A DNA stretch of 64,000 nt from Trichosphaerium sp. ATCC 40318. Its lineage: Eukaryota; Protista; Tubulinea. The notes below the pieces were generated by a model that was not told where the DNA came from, made no database searches, and worked only from the letters and a program-made list of their open reading frames with translations. Below, piece after piece: positions 26,815 through 40,566 of this stretch. Both the position numbers and the translations under genes were made by a program. The DNA lies in assembly GCA_038496445.1 (NCBI GenBank), contig JALMLS010000017.1:1-64000 (forward strand). The letters are read 5' to 3'. How positions within the stretch are numbered: position 1 is the first letter of the stretch; every line of letters starts with the position of its first letter.

Positions 26815-29800
26815 TTACATAAAATCTGAAAAATCGCAGTCTTCATAATCGTCTAATATGACATCATTAGATTGAGGAGGCTCTTCTTCTTCTAGTTCTG
26901 TTTCGTCACAAACGAGACCATTTGGCCTTAGAACTTGTTGAACTGTCTTGAAGCTGTTTTGCCTATTTCTTGCATGTGTAATGATAGACTTCCACAAAGT
27001 CAGTTGACCCAAGGCTTTAGCATTTCCCATTGCAATTAGGTGATTCTTAGCACGTGTTAAAGCGACATTAATACGGTATCCTGAGTTTAAGAAGCTACCT
27101 CCATAAGTACTACAACTTGTTCGCGTTGTACACAGTATTATAACCTCTAGGCAAAGATGTAAGAAAAATAATGTTCAACAAGAAAAAAAGACGTATGTGT
27201 ACCTTTTTCTGCACCTTGGAATGCATCTACTGTAGATACTTGAACAGATGAGGATACTTGCGTTTCAAACAGAGTACGAATGTTAGCTGCTTGGCGAGCA
27301 TCTAGCGATGAAAAAGTTAGATTATGTTTCTGTTGATAGACTATAGATAACAAAAAACTGACGTACAAAGACATATGACACCTAACTCGAATGGTTCTAG
27401 CTCTGTGTCTCTTAATAGTATTTTGGCTATCCGTACAACAGTAGTTGCTTCATATGCATTTACCCAACTACCACCTTGTTTCTGTTCTTTCCCTCTTGTA
27501 TCGGTATCGCAGAATAAAAAATGGGAAAGCCCTGGAGATAATGGTACACGCTCTTGTGCGGATTTACCATTGAGTATCTTCCCACTATAAAATAATTTAT
27601 TTGATAGAGCACATATATCTGGGTGAACTCGATACTAACAACAGGACATTAGACAATTTGTGAAATGATAAATACATTGTTGGCAATAAGAGTAGTTGGC
27701 GTTTTAAAAGGAAAGTTATTTGTCTCCACAAATGTGAAATTTTTTAGTTGTGCGTAGGGATAAATACGTATTAGGCGTACCTGAGTTCTTAACATCCTTA
27801 CATTAAGACCAGTAGCCTCAAGACGCTCAAATAAAGTCCTACCAAGTCCACACTCCTTTTGATCAACTTGTCCGCTTGTTAGTGTCTTGTGAGGACTAGT
27901 ATCTAACACTGGAGGTAATTGTTTTGGATCACCAAAAATAAGTGCACGTGATGTACAAAATTTTCCAAGAGGAAGAAGTGATAAAGGTTCAACCATTTGA
28001 GAACACTCATCCAAAATACAAATATCAAACTTATTATCATCCATGACTGAAAACGTTGATGCAGCACAAGTAACACCAACAACACGCATCTTCTTTAAAT
28101 TATCTATACGAGCACGTGTTCTACCAGCTTTAAAATCAGCCTTGAGAGAGAAAGTAAGATGAGGAAAAAACAAAGAAAAAAATGAGAATGTTTACAAAAA
28201 AGTACAAGGTTGAAAACAAATGGCGTACCAAGGCTCTTTCTGTTGCTTTTCTTTCAGCTTTTGATAAACCAGGGTCACGTAACATATCTGATAGTTCACG
28301 CTTTGTTTTGGCATCATCAGATTTTTTATGAACAGAGTAAGGCAGGACGATCTTTGCAATACGTTTTACACTACCAACACGCATAAAATCTTCAAAACCT
28401 TCAGCAAGAAGACCACATAGGATATTATCTACAGCTATATTCGTATTTGATGATATAAGAATACGTGTTTTTGTATCTCCAGTCATAGTTAAGAGTTTGA
28501 CAATCAAAATAATTAACACAACCAACAAGAAACCTAAAGAAAAAAAACTTGTTAGAAAAAAGACGTTAAAAAAAAAAAGAAAGATCACAATGGTGATTAG
28601 TTAGTAACTTACTTTTTCCCGATCCGAATACTCCCTGAACTAGTCTAATAGGTACTTTGGTATGTCCAGTAAGTAAACCAATCGTTTCTCGTAAAACAGT
28701 TTCTTGATCTTGATTTAAAGTATACTTATCAATAACACTTCGCATTTCTTCTTCAATATCAACACTTGTTTCTTTAAAAGCTTCAACAGGTATTGGTGGT
28801 TCTCCGCTATGTATACCAGATAAACACGAAAATATAGGACATGAAGAAGGTGTCATTGTATCCAAGTTATCAAGCCAACTAAACTCAGAACTAAAATTAC
28901 CAGCATGAAGTGCAAGTAAGTCTGATTTATGTTGCCCTGTTTGTAGTGTTGGTACATCACCTCCATCAAGTGCTAGTAATTCAATACCCTTTAAATATAG
29001 TCAACATTAAAGCCCTTTCAAAAACATTCATCTTCGTACATCTCCTGGAACACCATAGCATTGAGATCGTCCGATAAAAAATACAATAGAATTATTTGAA
29101 AAAAAACTTCTGGAGCTTGATACTATCCATAAATCGTCTTTTCTATACTCTCTTCTATCCATTTTAGATACACGAAGCTTCATCTTAGATGACGCTGAAG
29201 GTAATGTTAATCTTGAATTTCCAAAGCTGAAAGTGGATCTAAGCAAAGTTACGAATAAAAGATAAGAAAGGTAGAAAAATTACGTCTTTGATAGTGTTCC
29301 GCTGTGTATGTAAATGCCTTTATACTTAAGACTACTTATCTGTTTAGTTGTTAAAGCGCCATTATTAACTTGCGAACTATTAAAACATCAATAAAGCCTC
29401 AAAAAAAGGCGAAAACAAACTGTAGGTTTTTGCAAACGAGATACTACCCTCCTTGCCAACGACGTACTCACCCAGATTTCAGTTCTTGGCAAAGTCTGTA
29501 TGCTATCTTATCTGCCAACCTTACGTTAATGTGCTCTATTACCATTGCTCTTATTGCCGCCTTTGTAATAAGAAGAATACTTAGCAAAAGAGATGAAAAA
29601 CCATGGTTCGTACTTTGTACTCCTTTAAAGTCTTAAACGAATTTGGCATACGTTTCATTCTTCTTGGTGCTCCGCCACCTTTAGATTGCGCAAAACAAAT
29701 TAAGTGACTCGATGTCGAGTTATTCATTACATCTAAATGCTTCACTACTTTCTTTCGAGGAGCACTGAAGCCCTTTGTATTAGCTTGATTATTCGAACTC

Positions 29801-31166
29801 CCATTAACACTTCTAGGTACAGTAAAGCCCTTGGTACGTCGTGATGTAGGTTTCTTTAAAACTGGTTTAGCAAGAGTCTTTTGTCTCTTTGCAGGTGGCA
29901 TGGGACTTAAAGAAATAAAGTACGTCACGCAGGATTAACAAAAGGTGATAGATTTATTGGTACCTTTGTTTTTCAGGTGATGGTCTTTTTTTAGTAACAG
30001 CTGGAGGTCTTGAAAAAAGTGCCAGAAGCTCCTCATCTAATGATCTTTAGCAATACGATCTTGCGCAATAGAGTTTGGAATAACGCTTAACCAAGTACCT
30101 GTACGCTCTCGTTCAAGAATGATTGGCTTTGTGTCTATTACCATTGGCTCAGCAGCAACGTATGGTTCCTCAGTGGCGACAGAACAAGGTGGTGCTTTCT
30201 TTGGTGTTGCAGCCGCTGAAAGAATGGAAGCAAGGTCATAATCATCGTCATCTAGATCATCAAAATCATCTAGAATATCAGGTAATGAAGTAGTTGCTGG
30301 GGGTTCTGGCGCTTTTGTAGTTTTTGGCACAAATATTGGTACAGTAGGTTGTATGGCTACTAACGGCTCTGAAGGCTGTACTGGAGCGCTGATTGGTGGT
30401 GAAGGCGCTTGCATAGGTTGTATTTCGGGTGCATTGTTTTCAAGCTGTGGTTGTGGTTGCATATAATCATCTAACGTTGCTGGTGGTTTGGACACAGCAA
30501 CTGGTTTTTTCGTAGGCACTTTGAATTTTTTGAATTTTGTTTGTGCTGGTCTAGCGGTTTGAGGTGTTTGACGGCGTGATAGTCCTACGCGAGGCTTTCG
30601 TTTTACTGCCAGAGGCACAGTGGTCTTCTTTAATGGTGCTCTACAAATCATAAGGAGAACGAAAACCAAACGTCAAGATTTTCTGATTACGTTGAGTTGG
30701 TACCTTCGCAGTGGCGCGGACTGTGCCGGATCTGTAGGAGAGGAAGCAGTTGGAGCCTATCCGAAAGTGAGACTGCGTAATTGTTTATTACTTGGCTACG
30801 TACCACTGCTGCTGACGATTCTTGAAGCTGCTCTACAGTCACAAGAAATCGATCAAATTCAAGATCACTCCCTTCCTCTATTCCTGATAGTTTTGTAAAG
30901 AAATGAGATGCCACTTGCATCTTCCTTTCATCCATTAAAGTCGCCTAGTACGTCTGTTGATATTTTGAAAAATCGCGCCTCGTACCTTGCGTGTAGACGT
31001 GTTAAAATGAAGCACGCCATCTTGCCACACCTATAGCGTGTAATTAAACGTTAAACTGACGAAACAGTTTACACTTTACATCGTAGAGGCTTTTTATAAT
31101 GCCTCTGACGCGTACCTTTCGTTTTTGACGCTTGTGCTTCGTGTAGAGAACATCAAACTTGAGCAT
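26815..31166 (-). CDS. ZGRF1: ZGRF1-like protein: N-terminal DUF2439 + C-terminal Upf1-like SF1 helicase
   Basis: MLKFDVLYTKHKRQKRKVWQDGVL (DUF2439); VQGVFGSGKS (Walker A), SNTNIAVDN, ILDECSQ, GDPKQLPP, QYRVHP, STVDAFQGAEK, RINVALTRAK. Confidence 0.88.
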
Positions 31167-31311
31167 TCGCGGAATTTGACACCTACAATAACGGTGCGCT
31201 GTACCCTCTCGTACACGACAAAAGATGCAAAAAATACGATCGAGCAATAAAAACGGTGCGTCAGACTTTTTCTGGGTCAAGCTGAAGTTCATACTCTTGT
31301 ACAACTACACC

Positions 31312-32147
31312 ATGGGTAATTCACAATCAGGACGCCTTTCAAAGGAAGAATTAGAAGAGCTGCATAAACGTAGCCACTGTACGTCAGTTAAAACTGTATT
31401 TAACACTAAATATTCTCCTAGTCGATCAAAAGACGCTAAAAGAAATGTTTAAACAGTTCAAAAAAGAAACGCCACAAGGAGCAATAAGTAAAAAAGAATT
31501 TAAAGAAGTCATGAAGGCCATGGGTAATCGTATCCTAATTTAACCGTCCTAATTTTGACATCTAACAGGCGTCGCGGACAATTTCCTTCAAGAATTAATA
31601 TTTAACGTATTTGACGATAACAAGGACGGTACAATTAACTTTCAAGAGTTTGTACGGGCTTTATCAGTAATGACTCGTGGTACATCAGACGAAAAGCTTG
31701 AACGTACGCAGTTTACCCTCAATTAAAGCTTTTTGGGCGTCTAGATGTCCCAGAGCGCCTCTTTTGGGTTTTTTAAGCTTATTCTTTTTGACACTTGTCA
31801 AAGTCGCTTTTCAAATGTACGATGTTGATGGCTCTGGTCAAATCACAAAAGAAGGAATGTTACAGATTATGAAATCATTTTACAGCCTTGTTGGTCCTCA
31901 GGTTACTTTCTCGGGGAAAAGATTCGATACAGCCGAATCTCTTGTTGATGCTTTTTTTAAAGACCTTGATAGAGATAATGATGGTAAAATTTCAAAGGCA
32001 GAGTACAAAGAAGGTAAATGCGAAAATGAAATTTTTTTCTCGTTTTTCTTTCATTCCGAAATGTCATCTGACACGTGTCAAAAAAAAATAGGTGCCATGA
32101 AACATGATGATATTATTTTGGGATTGAAATTATTCAGCAAAGACTAA
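31312..32147 (+). CDS. Myristoylated EF-hand calcium sensor (NCS-1/frequenin family)
   Basis: [14 protein letters not shown]; [33 protein letters not shown]; [13 protein letters not shown]; [11 protein letters not shown]. Confidence 0.92.
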
Positions 32148-32275
32148 CTATCATTGTTGTTTACTATAACGTATCTGATGATCAGATAGATAGCTATGAG
32201 TTTGTGATATTAATGCAAACTTTAAAAAACCCAAAAAATCAACACCTGTACATTAGCAATATACAACATTTTCTT

Positions 32276-33841
32276 TTAATCTACTTCACGATTTATTGGA
32301 TCTAGATATTTTAGTCCCAAGTGTGCAAAAATATCTTGCTCTGATTCTACAAGAATAGGTTCTTTTTCTTTACCAATCCAAACCAAGTCATGTTCTAATT
32401 AAATCAGCAACCAAAATACAAAATTTCAAGTTCACGAAAAAAAAAAAGGTGTTTTCAAGTACCACTTAGTTTGTATCCTATTGTTTTAGCATAGTGTCTC
32501 ATTACTCTATTAAATTGTCCTGATCCAGTAAAATATAGTAAAGCACCTACACGTTGTACATGAGATAGGTGGCTTGCAACAACAATGGTAAAAATACATA
32601 CATGGATATTCATGTTTTGGCAACATTTTAATATCTATACGTCTATGTAAGCCACCAGGAAGTCTACATACACCTTCTCTTGTTAGCAACAGCAAATTTC
32701 ACTTCACGAGTGCGTTACCCATATATTTATGCTTTTCTCCTGTCATTTTATGTGTCAGATCGTCAGTGATTACTGAAGCATCATGTAGTGTATTGACAAG
32801 CTTTCGTAGAAGTTTTGTTCTCATCTTGTCTGATACTCGATGTGTAATTAAAAAGTCTATATCGCCGCAATCAGGTTTGCCTCTTCTATAGGACCCTATC
32901 AAGAAATGAGACATTACTTATTAACCAGTAGTTTTAGTGCTAACCACATAGTTCGGCAACCAAATCAGCGTCAATGTCTGCGCATGTGCTCTTTACTATT
33001 TCCGCTATTTGTGTTGCTTCCTCACGTGGGATTCGATGCGTAAACTCATCATAGTATTGTAAACCAATTTTTTGCTGTATAGACAAATCCAGGACTGACA
33101 CTTCTTCTATTGTACGCAATCCCTAATTGTTAAACAATGAGCACAGAGCGAACAATTTATCCAAAGTTAGATTGAAAAAGTTGGGCTTGCCTGTTCGTAC
33201 CATGCTTTTGCAGTAGCTGGTCCAACACCTTTGTGCAAGAACGTTAACGAACATACTTGAAAAGGTCATCCCTACTTACCCCAAATACCTTGAAATATAC
33301 CCATGACACGTGTTTGTTCGTCATTTTCAAGTTCTTGTGCTTTTTGAAGTTTCCCTGTATTTCGTATTTCTTCAATCTGCAAGTACTGTCATTAATCTCA
33401 CTCTATAATAGAACAGTCTCGCTTTTCTTGTTTCACACCTTTTCTGCGATACTATCTCCAATGCCTTTTAGCTCTTGAGCGTCTGCTTTTGTCATTATTG
33501 GTTTGTCCGTGTTTCTTAAAACAGTTGCAGCCTTTCTGTATGCGTAATGCCGCCACATGTCACCTCCATTCTTGTATTCTAGCATTAGGCGCTCCTTTAT
33601 TCGACTGTTAGCGTAGTAATGGTAATAGCGTTACCATGTATGCAATTAATTCGTTATTGGGATTCTCTTGCTTTTTAGTGCTATATCTTTGTTTATCCTG
33701 TCTGTACCACTTAATTAGATCTATTGGTTCTTTTTTTTGAGCATTAGCTTGTTCTGTAGTCGTATTTACGTGAGTTCCAACACAAAAGTGTCGTTTATTA
33801 CGAGAGCTCACTCTACGCCGCGCCACTGAGCGATACAGCAT
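32276..33841 (-). CDS. Family X DNA polymerase (Pol lambda/beta-like), no BRCT, Arg-rich N-terminal presequence
   Basis: 8-kDa lyase domain AYRKAATVL..LKGIGDSIAEKI; IWGVGPATA; RIPREE; GSYRRGKPDCGDIDFLI; RRIDI; LLYFTGS; LSEH. Confidence 0.9.
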
Positions 33842-33940
33842 GCTAATTCATTACTACAGGCAAATGATACTAAAAAGTCAACGTTTGTTGAATACCAACT
33901 TACATAAACTGCTAAACACACCTCTTGCGCACGTCAACGA

Positions 33941-35042
33941 ATGACAAGTAGCATGGACGTTGACAACCAGTATTTATCTCTTGAAATGCGCCACGCAAAC
34001 ACCAAGGTCGAATTATTGACGAAATATAGCTCCTAAATTAGTGTAGGCGCAAATATCACTAAACCGCCTCGCAATGCCTCGAGAAATACGTAAACACATA
34101 GCCAATAGCTTCAAAAGAAGCGCAGATCACCTCATAGCAGTAATACTACAAGATGGGACACCAATATCTCTAACAGAGCTTTGCCAACTCAAAGAATTGA
34201 AAGGAGGCGTAACTGTCGTATTTACAAACAACACAGCGGTAGACCAGGTACAAAAGCTTAGTGTTTAACCAAACAGCTCACGTTGTGGTAGACACAAGAC
34301 TCTGACGTCGTATCCAAACGGTTAGAAGCTTTATTCTCAGTACGCGCAAATTCCACCCAAAAAAAACCTGCAATAACACTTTGTACCAGTCTGAAGGTAA
34401 AGATATTATTGGTCCATTGCCAGGAGAGAGAGAAGGCGCTAATGAGGCAGCTCCAGCAGCTGCAGCAGCACCTGTTCCTGTCGCTAACGGTATAGCTCCT
34501 GGTCAGAATTACTTACGTCGGAGAATAAACTGGGAGGACTGTTATGTATTAAATCATTCAGATAATCATGGTATTTCGGCACTACAAAACGGAGGTTATG
34601 TTGAATCCGATGTTGATGGTGATATCCTTATAAATATTATATTCTCTGAGCCTGTAAAACTTTTTGCGATAAGAATCACTGGTCAACGAAATGGAAGTGA
34701 TCCAGAGAACATAAGATTATACCCAAACAAACCTAATATGAACTTTTCTGATGCACGTGTTTTAATTTTTATTTTTTGGATATTTTTGAACGAATTTGGA
34801 TTGGTGACTTTATCCAAAAAATGTTGTTTTCTCATTTTTTTCTTTTGTAGGTGGATGATACAAAGGATCGGTATGTTGTTTCAAGGGACACTTCAAAAGG
34901 AGGTATAATTCGTATTAAACGGCTTGGTGGTTTTCAGAAGGTTACATCTGTTGGCGTTTATATTGTAGATAATAATGGAGATAGAGACACAACTGTAATT
35001 ACTTCACTTCAATTTATAGGACAGACATACAGAAAATTTTGA
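33941..35042 (+). CDS. PITH domain protein with N-terminal extension
   Basis: INWEDCYVLNHSD...YVESDVDGDILINIIFSEPVKLFAIRI...PENIRLYPNKPNMNFSDA...FQKVTSVGVYIVDNNGDRDTTVITSLQFIG. Confidence 0.8.
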
Positions 35043-35225
35043 ACAAATGTTGGCCAGTACATACATCCAATAAAATGTGTTTAGTTGTATTAACGAACGT
35101 TCGTTTTTCTTGTGTCAACTTCTGGAACAGTTTGTGCTGAAGAAGGTTTGTAGTCTACTGTTTACAAATTTTGTTGCTATGTAGAAACAACAAGCATAAT
35201 TCTTCAGTGGCGAAGGGTTTTTAAC

Positions 35226-36909
35226 TTAGGAAGACTTTGGCCTTTCTACCTCTACTGTTGGGTCAAACGATGTATCCTTTATCACCCACATTCCTAAAGT
35301 GTGCATATCAGTATTAACATATATTAATTCGAGCATACCACTATCTAATCCTTCCATGTAAAAGTCTTTTGGGTATTCTACAGTTGCTCTTATCTCATCT
35401 CTGTGCTCTACAAAGAAAAAAATGTATTAGATAGAACAACACTATAAAAAAGGTGAAGTTTAGGCTTTACGTACTGCTGTGTTTATCCATGTTGTGTATT
35501 GACAATGCAATCTTGAAATAAGAATTACCATAAATAAAAGCAGCAAATATGTATCTATGAAGGGGTGTTGGTTAGCTTTTACATTTACTCTAAATTTATC
35601 TCACTGTTCGGTATATTGTCTATGAGCCTTCATCCACCGATGTGGATAATCATCTGGCACAAAGATGTCATGAAAGTGGACTATAGTACCTTCTGGAACA
35701 AGAGGTACTATAAAAGTGTACTCTAAGATTGTGTCTCCATAAGGTTGTGTAACATGAGAATTATCAATGATAAGAAAGTCACCAGGCTCTAATTGCTTAA
35801 AAACACTGACATCAACACTAATTATGACTGTAAGTACAGTAAAACGAAGTGAAAGAAAAAAAAAGTTGTACTTCTGAACTTGTTCGTTGATCACGTTGAC
35901 ATCGCCACGTAGTTCTTCTTTGATTACATTTGCTCTGTATGGTTCAATACAAGTGATTTCAGTTTTATATCCATCTTTCTTATTTGCAAGCATCGCTTGA
36001 TGAAGGACTCTTGTTGAGTGACCACTTCCAATCTCAATAATTCGTCTTGGCTAAAAGCGACGTTAGCATTACCAACTACCTACTAACACGTGCTGTTGTT
36101 GATGCAACACGTGCGTATTCACAGTTTCACACATGTTACAAGTTATTTACATACCTTGAAGTAACGTGTCATTGTGTACAATCCCCATTGATCCAGTGGT
36201 CCAACCATTCCGTTCTCTTGAAAATCAAGTTCTTCTCCGTAAGGTTTCAAATGCTCAATAAGAGCATCTTGGTCTTTATGCAGTTGTGGCCAATCATAAA
36301 TATCATCTGGTAGCAAAGCATATCGTGAAATGAGCTCTTGAGGCGATTTCTATGGCAGGATAATCAGCCCAGTTAAACTAAAAATAAGAAAAAAGTAGTT
36401 TCGTCTTACACACCTGGAAATATCGTGTTGGATTCTCATACCCAAAAACTCTATCAGCACATAATAGCACTTTCTTTGCGTCACCACATTTTCCCTTTGG
36501 TGCAATTTCCTATGTTTTTATGACAAAAATTCAACAAACGATCAAAAATGGCTGTAGCTGGAAAAGTTCACAAAGTTTTACAGTCTACCAGCAAAGTATG
36601 GAAGCGCTGGCGTTCTACATGTTATACCGGTTGATAAAACTCCTCAAAAAAGATACATAATAGCTCACGTGTCAACTCTTAAATAAATCACGTGCCTCTT
36701 GGTTTGAAGCTTCAACAAGGTTGCGCATTCGTTTTTGAAGTTTTTTAACTCTGACGCGCTCGAGTATAAGTTTCTTTTCGCAGTCTTCCAGCTTTGAGAT
36801 AAGCAACTAATAAAAACAAATCAGCGAAACGAATTTGAGTATTAAGTAAGCGTACGGTGTTCCGGTACATACTGTACATGAGTACAATCGCCGATATAAA
36901 CGTTAACAT
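35226..36909 (-). CDS. Class I SAM-dependent methyltransferase (Methyltransf_24-like) with N-terminal signal anchor and coiled-coil stem
   Basis: RRIIEIGSGHSTR, ITCIEPYR, FLIIDNSHV, GTIVHFHDIFVPDDYP; N-terminal MLTFISAIVLMYSMY. The start codon is uncertain. Confidence 0.78.
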
Positions 36910-37429
36910 AGCGAAACACTTATTCGCTCGCTAAAACGCATAATTAGATACAAATACTTGTTGTCAGATGGTGTACTACAGTCATGTTTAAGAAAGATCC
37001 GATATAACTTTTTGCGGCTTCTATTATATTATTTAAACGACCAGCAGTTGACGAGTGGTTGCAATACTAATATAGGTAGGTCTAATAGCTTGATTGACGT
37101 ACTTTGACTATAGTTTATCACGTGGCCAAACACATGTTTCGATTAGCAATCGACTGTTCTGCGTGATATATGATCACAGTAGCAGTTCACCACGTGTGGA
37201 TCACGCCTAACCAATCCTCTTCTTTAGTCTCATTTGCAGCGCGCTGCATAACATTTTTCGATGAATTGCAAAAATCGAATTGTAAAGTAATACGTTTATC
37301 TAAGTATGTCCTTTAGGTTTTCACTTGCTTACCTTATATTATAGTAAGCAATCCTATTCAGTACACCTTTGTGACTCTAAGGAAGTTAGCTTAAGCTACA
37401 GCTATGACCAACGCTGTCAAGACCTCTTC

Positions 37430-38473
37430 CTACAACTCTTCACGCTCTAACGTAAGTAGCATGCCATTTTCGTGCCACTCTTTGTGCTCTTCATTTTCCA
37501 CGCCATCAACAAACATACGTTGCACGTGAAGTTGCCCATTCAAATACCACGTTTTATATTCACCATTTAATTTACCATTAACAAACGTACACTGTGCATA
37601 TAGTTGCCCATTCTTATACCACTCTATAAATTCACCATCTATTTTGCCATTAACATAGGTACACTGGTTCTTAAGTCTACTGCTTTTACGCCATCTGTTA
37701 AACTCGCCATTCACTTTCCCATTGACATAAGTGCATTGTATCTTAAGTTCTCCAGTTTCACGCCACTCCTTGTAGTCACCGTTCTTGCTACCGTTAATGT
37801 ACATGACTTGCATCTTAAGTTGTCCATTTTCATACCATATCTCGTACGGTCCGTTTTCTTTATCATCAACACATACAAGCTTTACATAAAGTTGTCCATT
37901 TTCGTACCATTCCATGTGCTCACCGTTTGTCATACCATCTGTGTAGATACATTGCATCTGAAGTTGTCCGTTCTTATGCCACTGCTTTAGTTCACCATTT
38001 TTCTTGCCATCCAGAAAGTTAACTTTCATCTCGAGTTGGCCGTTATCATACCATGCCTTGTACTCTCCATTTTCTTTATTGTCAACGCACATATTCTGTA
38101 TACGTAGTTGTCCATTACTGTACCATTCACTGTGCTCTCCATTTTCCTTGTCATCGATGTACATACACTGCATAGCAATGTTTCCGTTGCTGTGCCACTC
38201 TTTGTAAATACCATTCTTCTTGCCCTTAAGCATAGTGTACTGGGCGCATTTTGCCTTGCTGGTAGTGTTCCAACGCAACCAAATGCCTTCTTTTTCAAGA
38301 CTATTGTTATAGTGTGTGTTTGTGGCGGCTCTTTTGGAGAGCACGTGATACTTCTTAAATATCTCCTCATTAAAAGTGCATAAATAGCGTTGAAGCTCGC
38401 GTGGAATATCTAATATAGTAGTGGGTTGTTCGTCGTTGGTAGAAAGTGATACAGAACTTGAGGATATTTGCAT
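37430..38473 (-). CDS. Intronless F-box-like + MORN-variant (YwqK-type) repeat protein
   Basis: N-terminal ILDIPRELQRYLCTF (F-box-like), then about 10-11 copies of a 24-aa unit NGEYKxWYxNGQLxxQCxYxxGKx. No introns. Confidence 0.85.
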   Translation of the reverse strand: MQISSSSVSLSTNDEQPTTILDIPRELQRYLCTFNEEIFKKYHVLSKRAATNTHYNNSLEKEGIWLRWNTTSKAKCAQYTMLKGKKNGIYKEWHSNGNIAMQCMYIDDKENGEHSEWYSNGQLRIQNMCVDNKENGEYKAWYDNGQLEMKVNFLDGKKNGELKQWHKNGQLQMQCIYTDGMTNGEHMEWYENGQLYVKLVCVDDKENGPYEIWYENGQLKMQVMYINGSKNGDYKEWRETGELKIQCTYVNGKVNGEFNRWRKSSRLKNQCTYVNGKIDGEFIEWYKNGQLYAQCTFVNGKLNGEYKTWYLNGQLHVQRMFVDGVENEEHKEWHENGMLLTLEREEL

Positions 38474-38758
38474 ATTAAAGTCAAAAAGGTCTAGAAAAGC
38501 TTGTCTGTATAGCAACCTTCAATTATTTCTATCCAAAATGTCGATAAGCGAATAGCTCGTTTATTGTCTTCAAACAAGCAACGTCCAATACAGTTTGCAA
38601 TGCGATAATCAAGCACGTCTGACCAAAACTTAGTTGACGAACGTTTGATGACACGTGGCACTTAGTTGGTTAAGGACTGACTATCATGAAAATCATTGAA
38701 ATAAAAAACCAGCAATCTTGAACATTATAATACAGGTTTAATCAAGACAATATATAGT

Positions 38759-40421
38759 TTAGTTGTTTTGTAGCGCTTTAAGTCTAGCACGCAAGTCTGT
38801 CACACTAGCATTTTTTGTGTCAACGATATCACTTGCACTAACGGTTTCATTATTTTTTTCGTATCGCCTCTTCAATCCTAATTGTTCTATGTCGCTCGCT
38901 TCTTCTTCTTTAGATACTTCTTGCACATCAGATGTATCTTCTAATGTAATCCCTAATACCATAACTTTAATTATCACCCACGTCAATAAATAAAGTAGTA
39001 CCCCATTCATTATCTTCATGTACAACTTTTTTAATCTCTTCAGGTTTTTCTTTCTTTGACCTTGTTTTATAGGTAAGCAACTGACATTTCATCATTGCCA
39101 TTAACAGCTAATGTTATTATTACGTACAGTATTTGCTTTCTTTCCTCTACCTTGAGTGACGACAGTTTCCGACAATGTGAATTACGGCATTCATCATTGG
39201 GTTGCATAACATATCGAGGAAAGAAGTCCTTCATGGAATTGTATCCCAAGTAATATGACACCTCCCCAAATGACAACAAATACCTGTACAAAGTTGTAAA
39301 TATAATAAAGAGAAGCCGAGTTCCTGGTACGTACTTTAGAGCATTTTGAACTAATAGACCAGCGACTAAACAACAGTTAGGAGATCAGGATTCGATATAA
39401 CGCCTAACCTATTCCCATAGTAGTTGGTAATGATGCTGCACAAACACCTTCACGTTTGAGTGTTTTTTCATCTATACCACTGGCAACTATCAAAGGAGGA
39501 GCACACTTAAAGTAAACAATAAGCAAATAATTAACCAACATAAATAAAGAAAAGTTTACCTGAAAACAAGCAGTTACTCCAGGAATTATAAATTGTATGT
39601 GTCCAGATACTGCGTCCTCTGAAACACCAGACTCCATCCAAGGTATATCAAGTTCTAAGCACGCTTGGTTTATTGCAACACGTGCTTCAAAATTATCAAC
39701 ACAACCGAGGACAAGCGACACAGGACTTGAACCATCTACACCGCCCTTCTTGAGGCATTTCAAAAAGTGCTCGAAATTTGCTAGTGTTGTAAGTGGTCGA
39801 ACGTTTCTTGGGTATACGCACTAGTAGTTGTAATATTGTACGTATGTGCTTCGTACTCAACATCTGGGTTAATTTCCTTGAGAGTATCTGCAGCTGCATC
39901 CGTTTTGGTCATGCCTGCTTGGCACGGCCTGAAAAACAATCTGCAAAGTCCAACGTTAAAAAATAGAACTGCCAGTAGGTCACGTGGCATTATTTTCTTT
40001 TCAAACCTACCTGTTCATGTTCGCCATTTCTACTGTATCATAATCAAACATTATTAGTTTACCAACACCACAGCGTGTCAACATTTCAGCCGCAACTGAT
40101 CCAACGCCTCCAAGGCCTACAATCGCCACCGAAAAATTGCGTATACGCTTTACACAGTATAAGACGCTTGTGGGACGGCTTTGTGGGATTTATGCGTACA
40201 TTGTAATCTTCTACAATACCCATTCGCTTTAAAGCCATCAAGCGACTATAAGAGTTAATTAAACGCGTATTATAAGATTATTACCTGTATGGGTTACTAT
40301 CAACGACTTCTGAGCTCATTTCGCCTATACGCTCTCTTGAAGAACATTTAGACGTTTCTAACTGCTTTCGAAGCGAAACAATTTCTTGTTTCAAGCGTTG
40401 AATCTCCTTTTGAGCCTCCAT
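38759..40421 (-). CDS. UBA5: UFM1-activating enzyme UBA5
   Basis: [94 protein letters not shown]. Confidence 0.96.
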
Positions 40422-40566
40422 AGCTTTATCTTTGTATAAATATGGCGTGTCAAACCGAGAAGGATAAAGTAGAACAGTTTTGTATTGGTTCAGCAAAGGA
40501 GCAACCAAATAAGTCAAACTTTCGAAAAGTCAGTTTAGGTCAGTACACGAACGCACGTTCGCCAAA

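Noticed and set aside
37604-38383. Several ORFs overlapping the MORN gene
   Set aside because: Shadows of the repetitive coding sequence.
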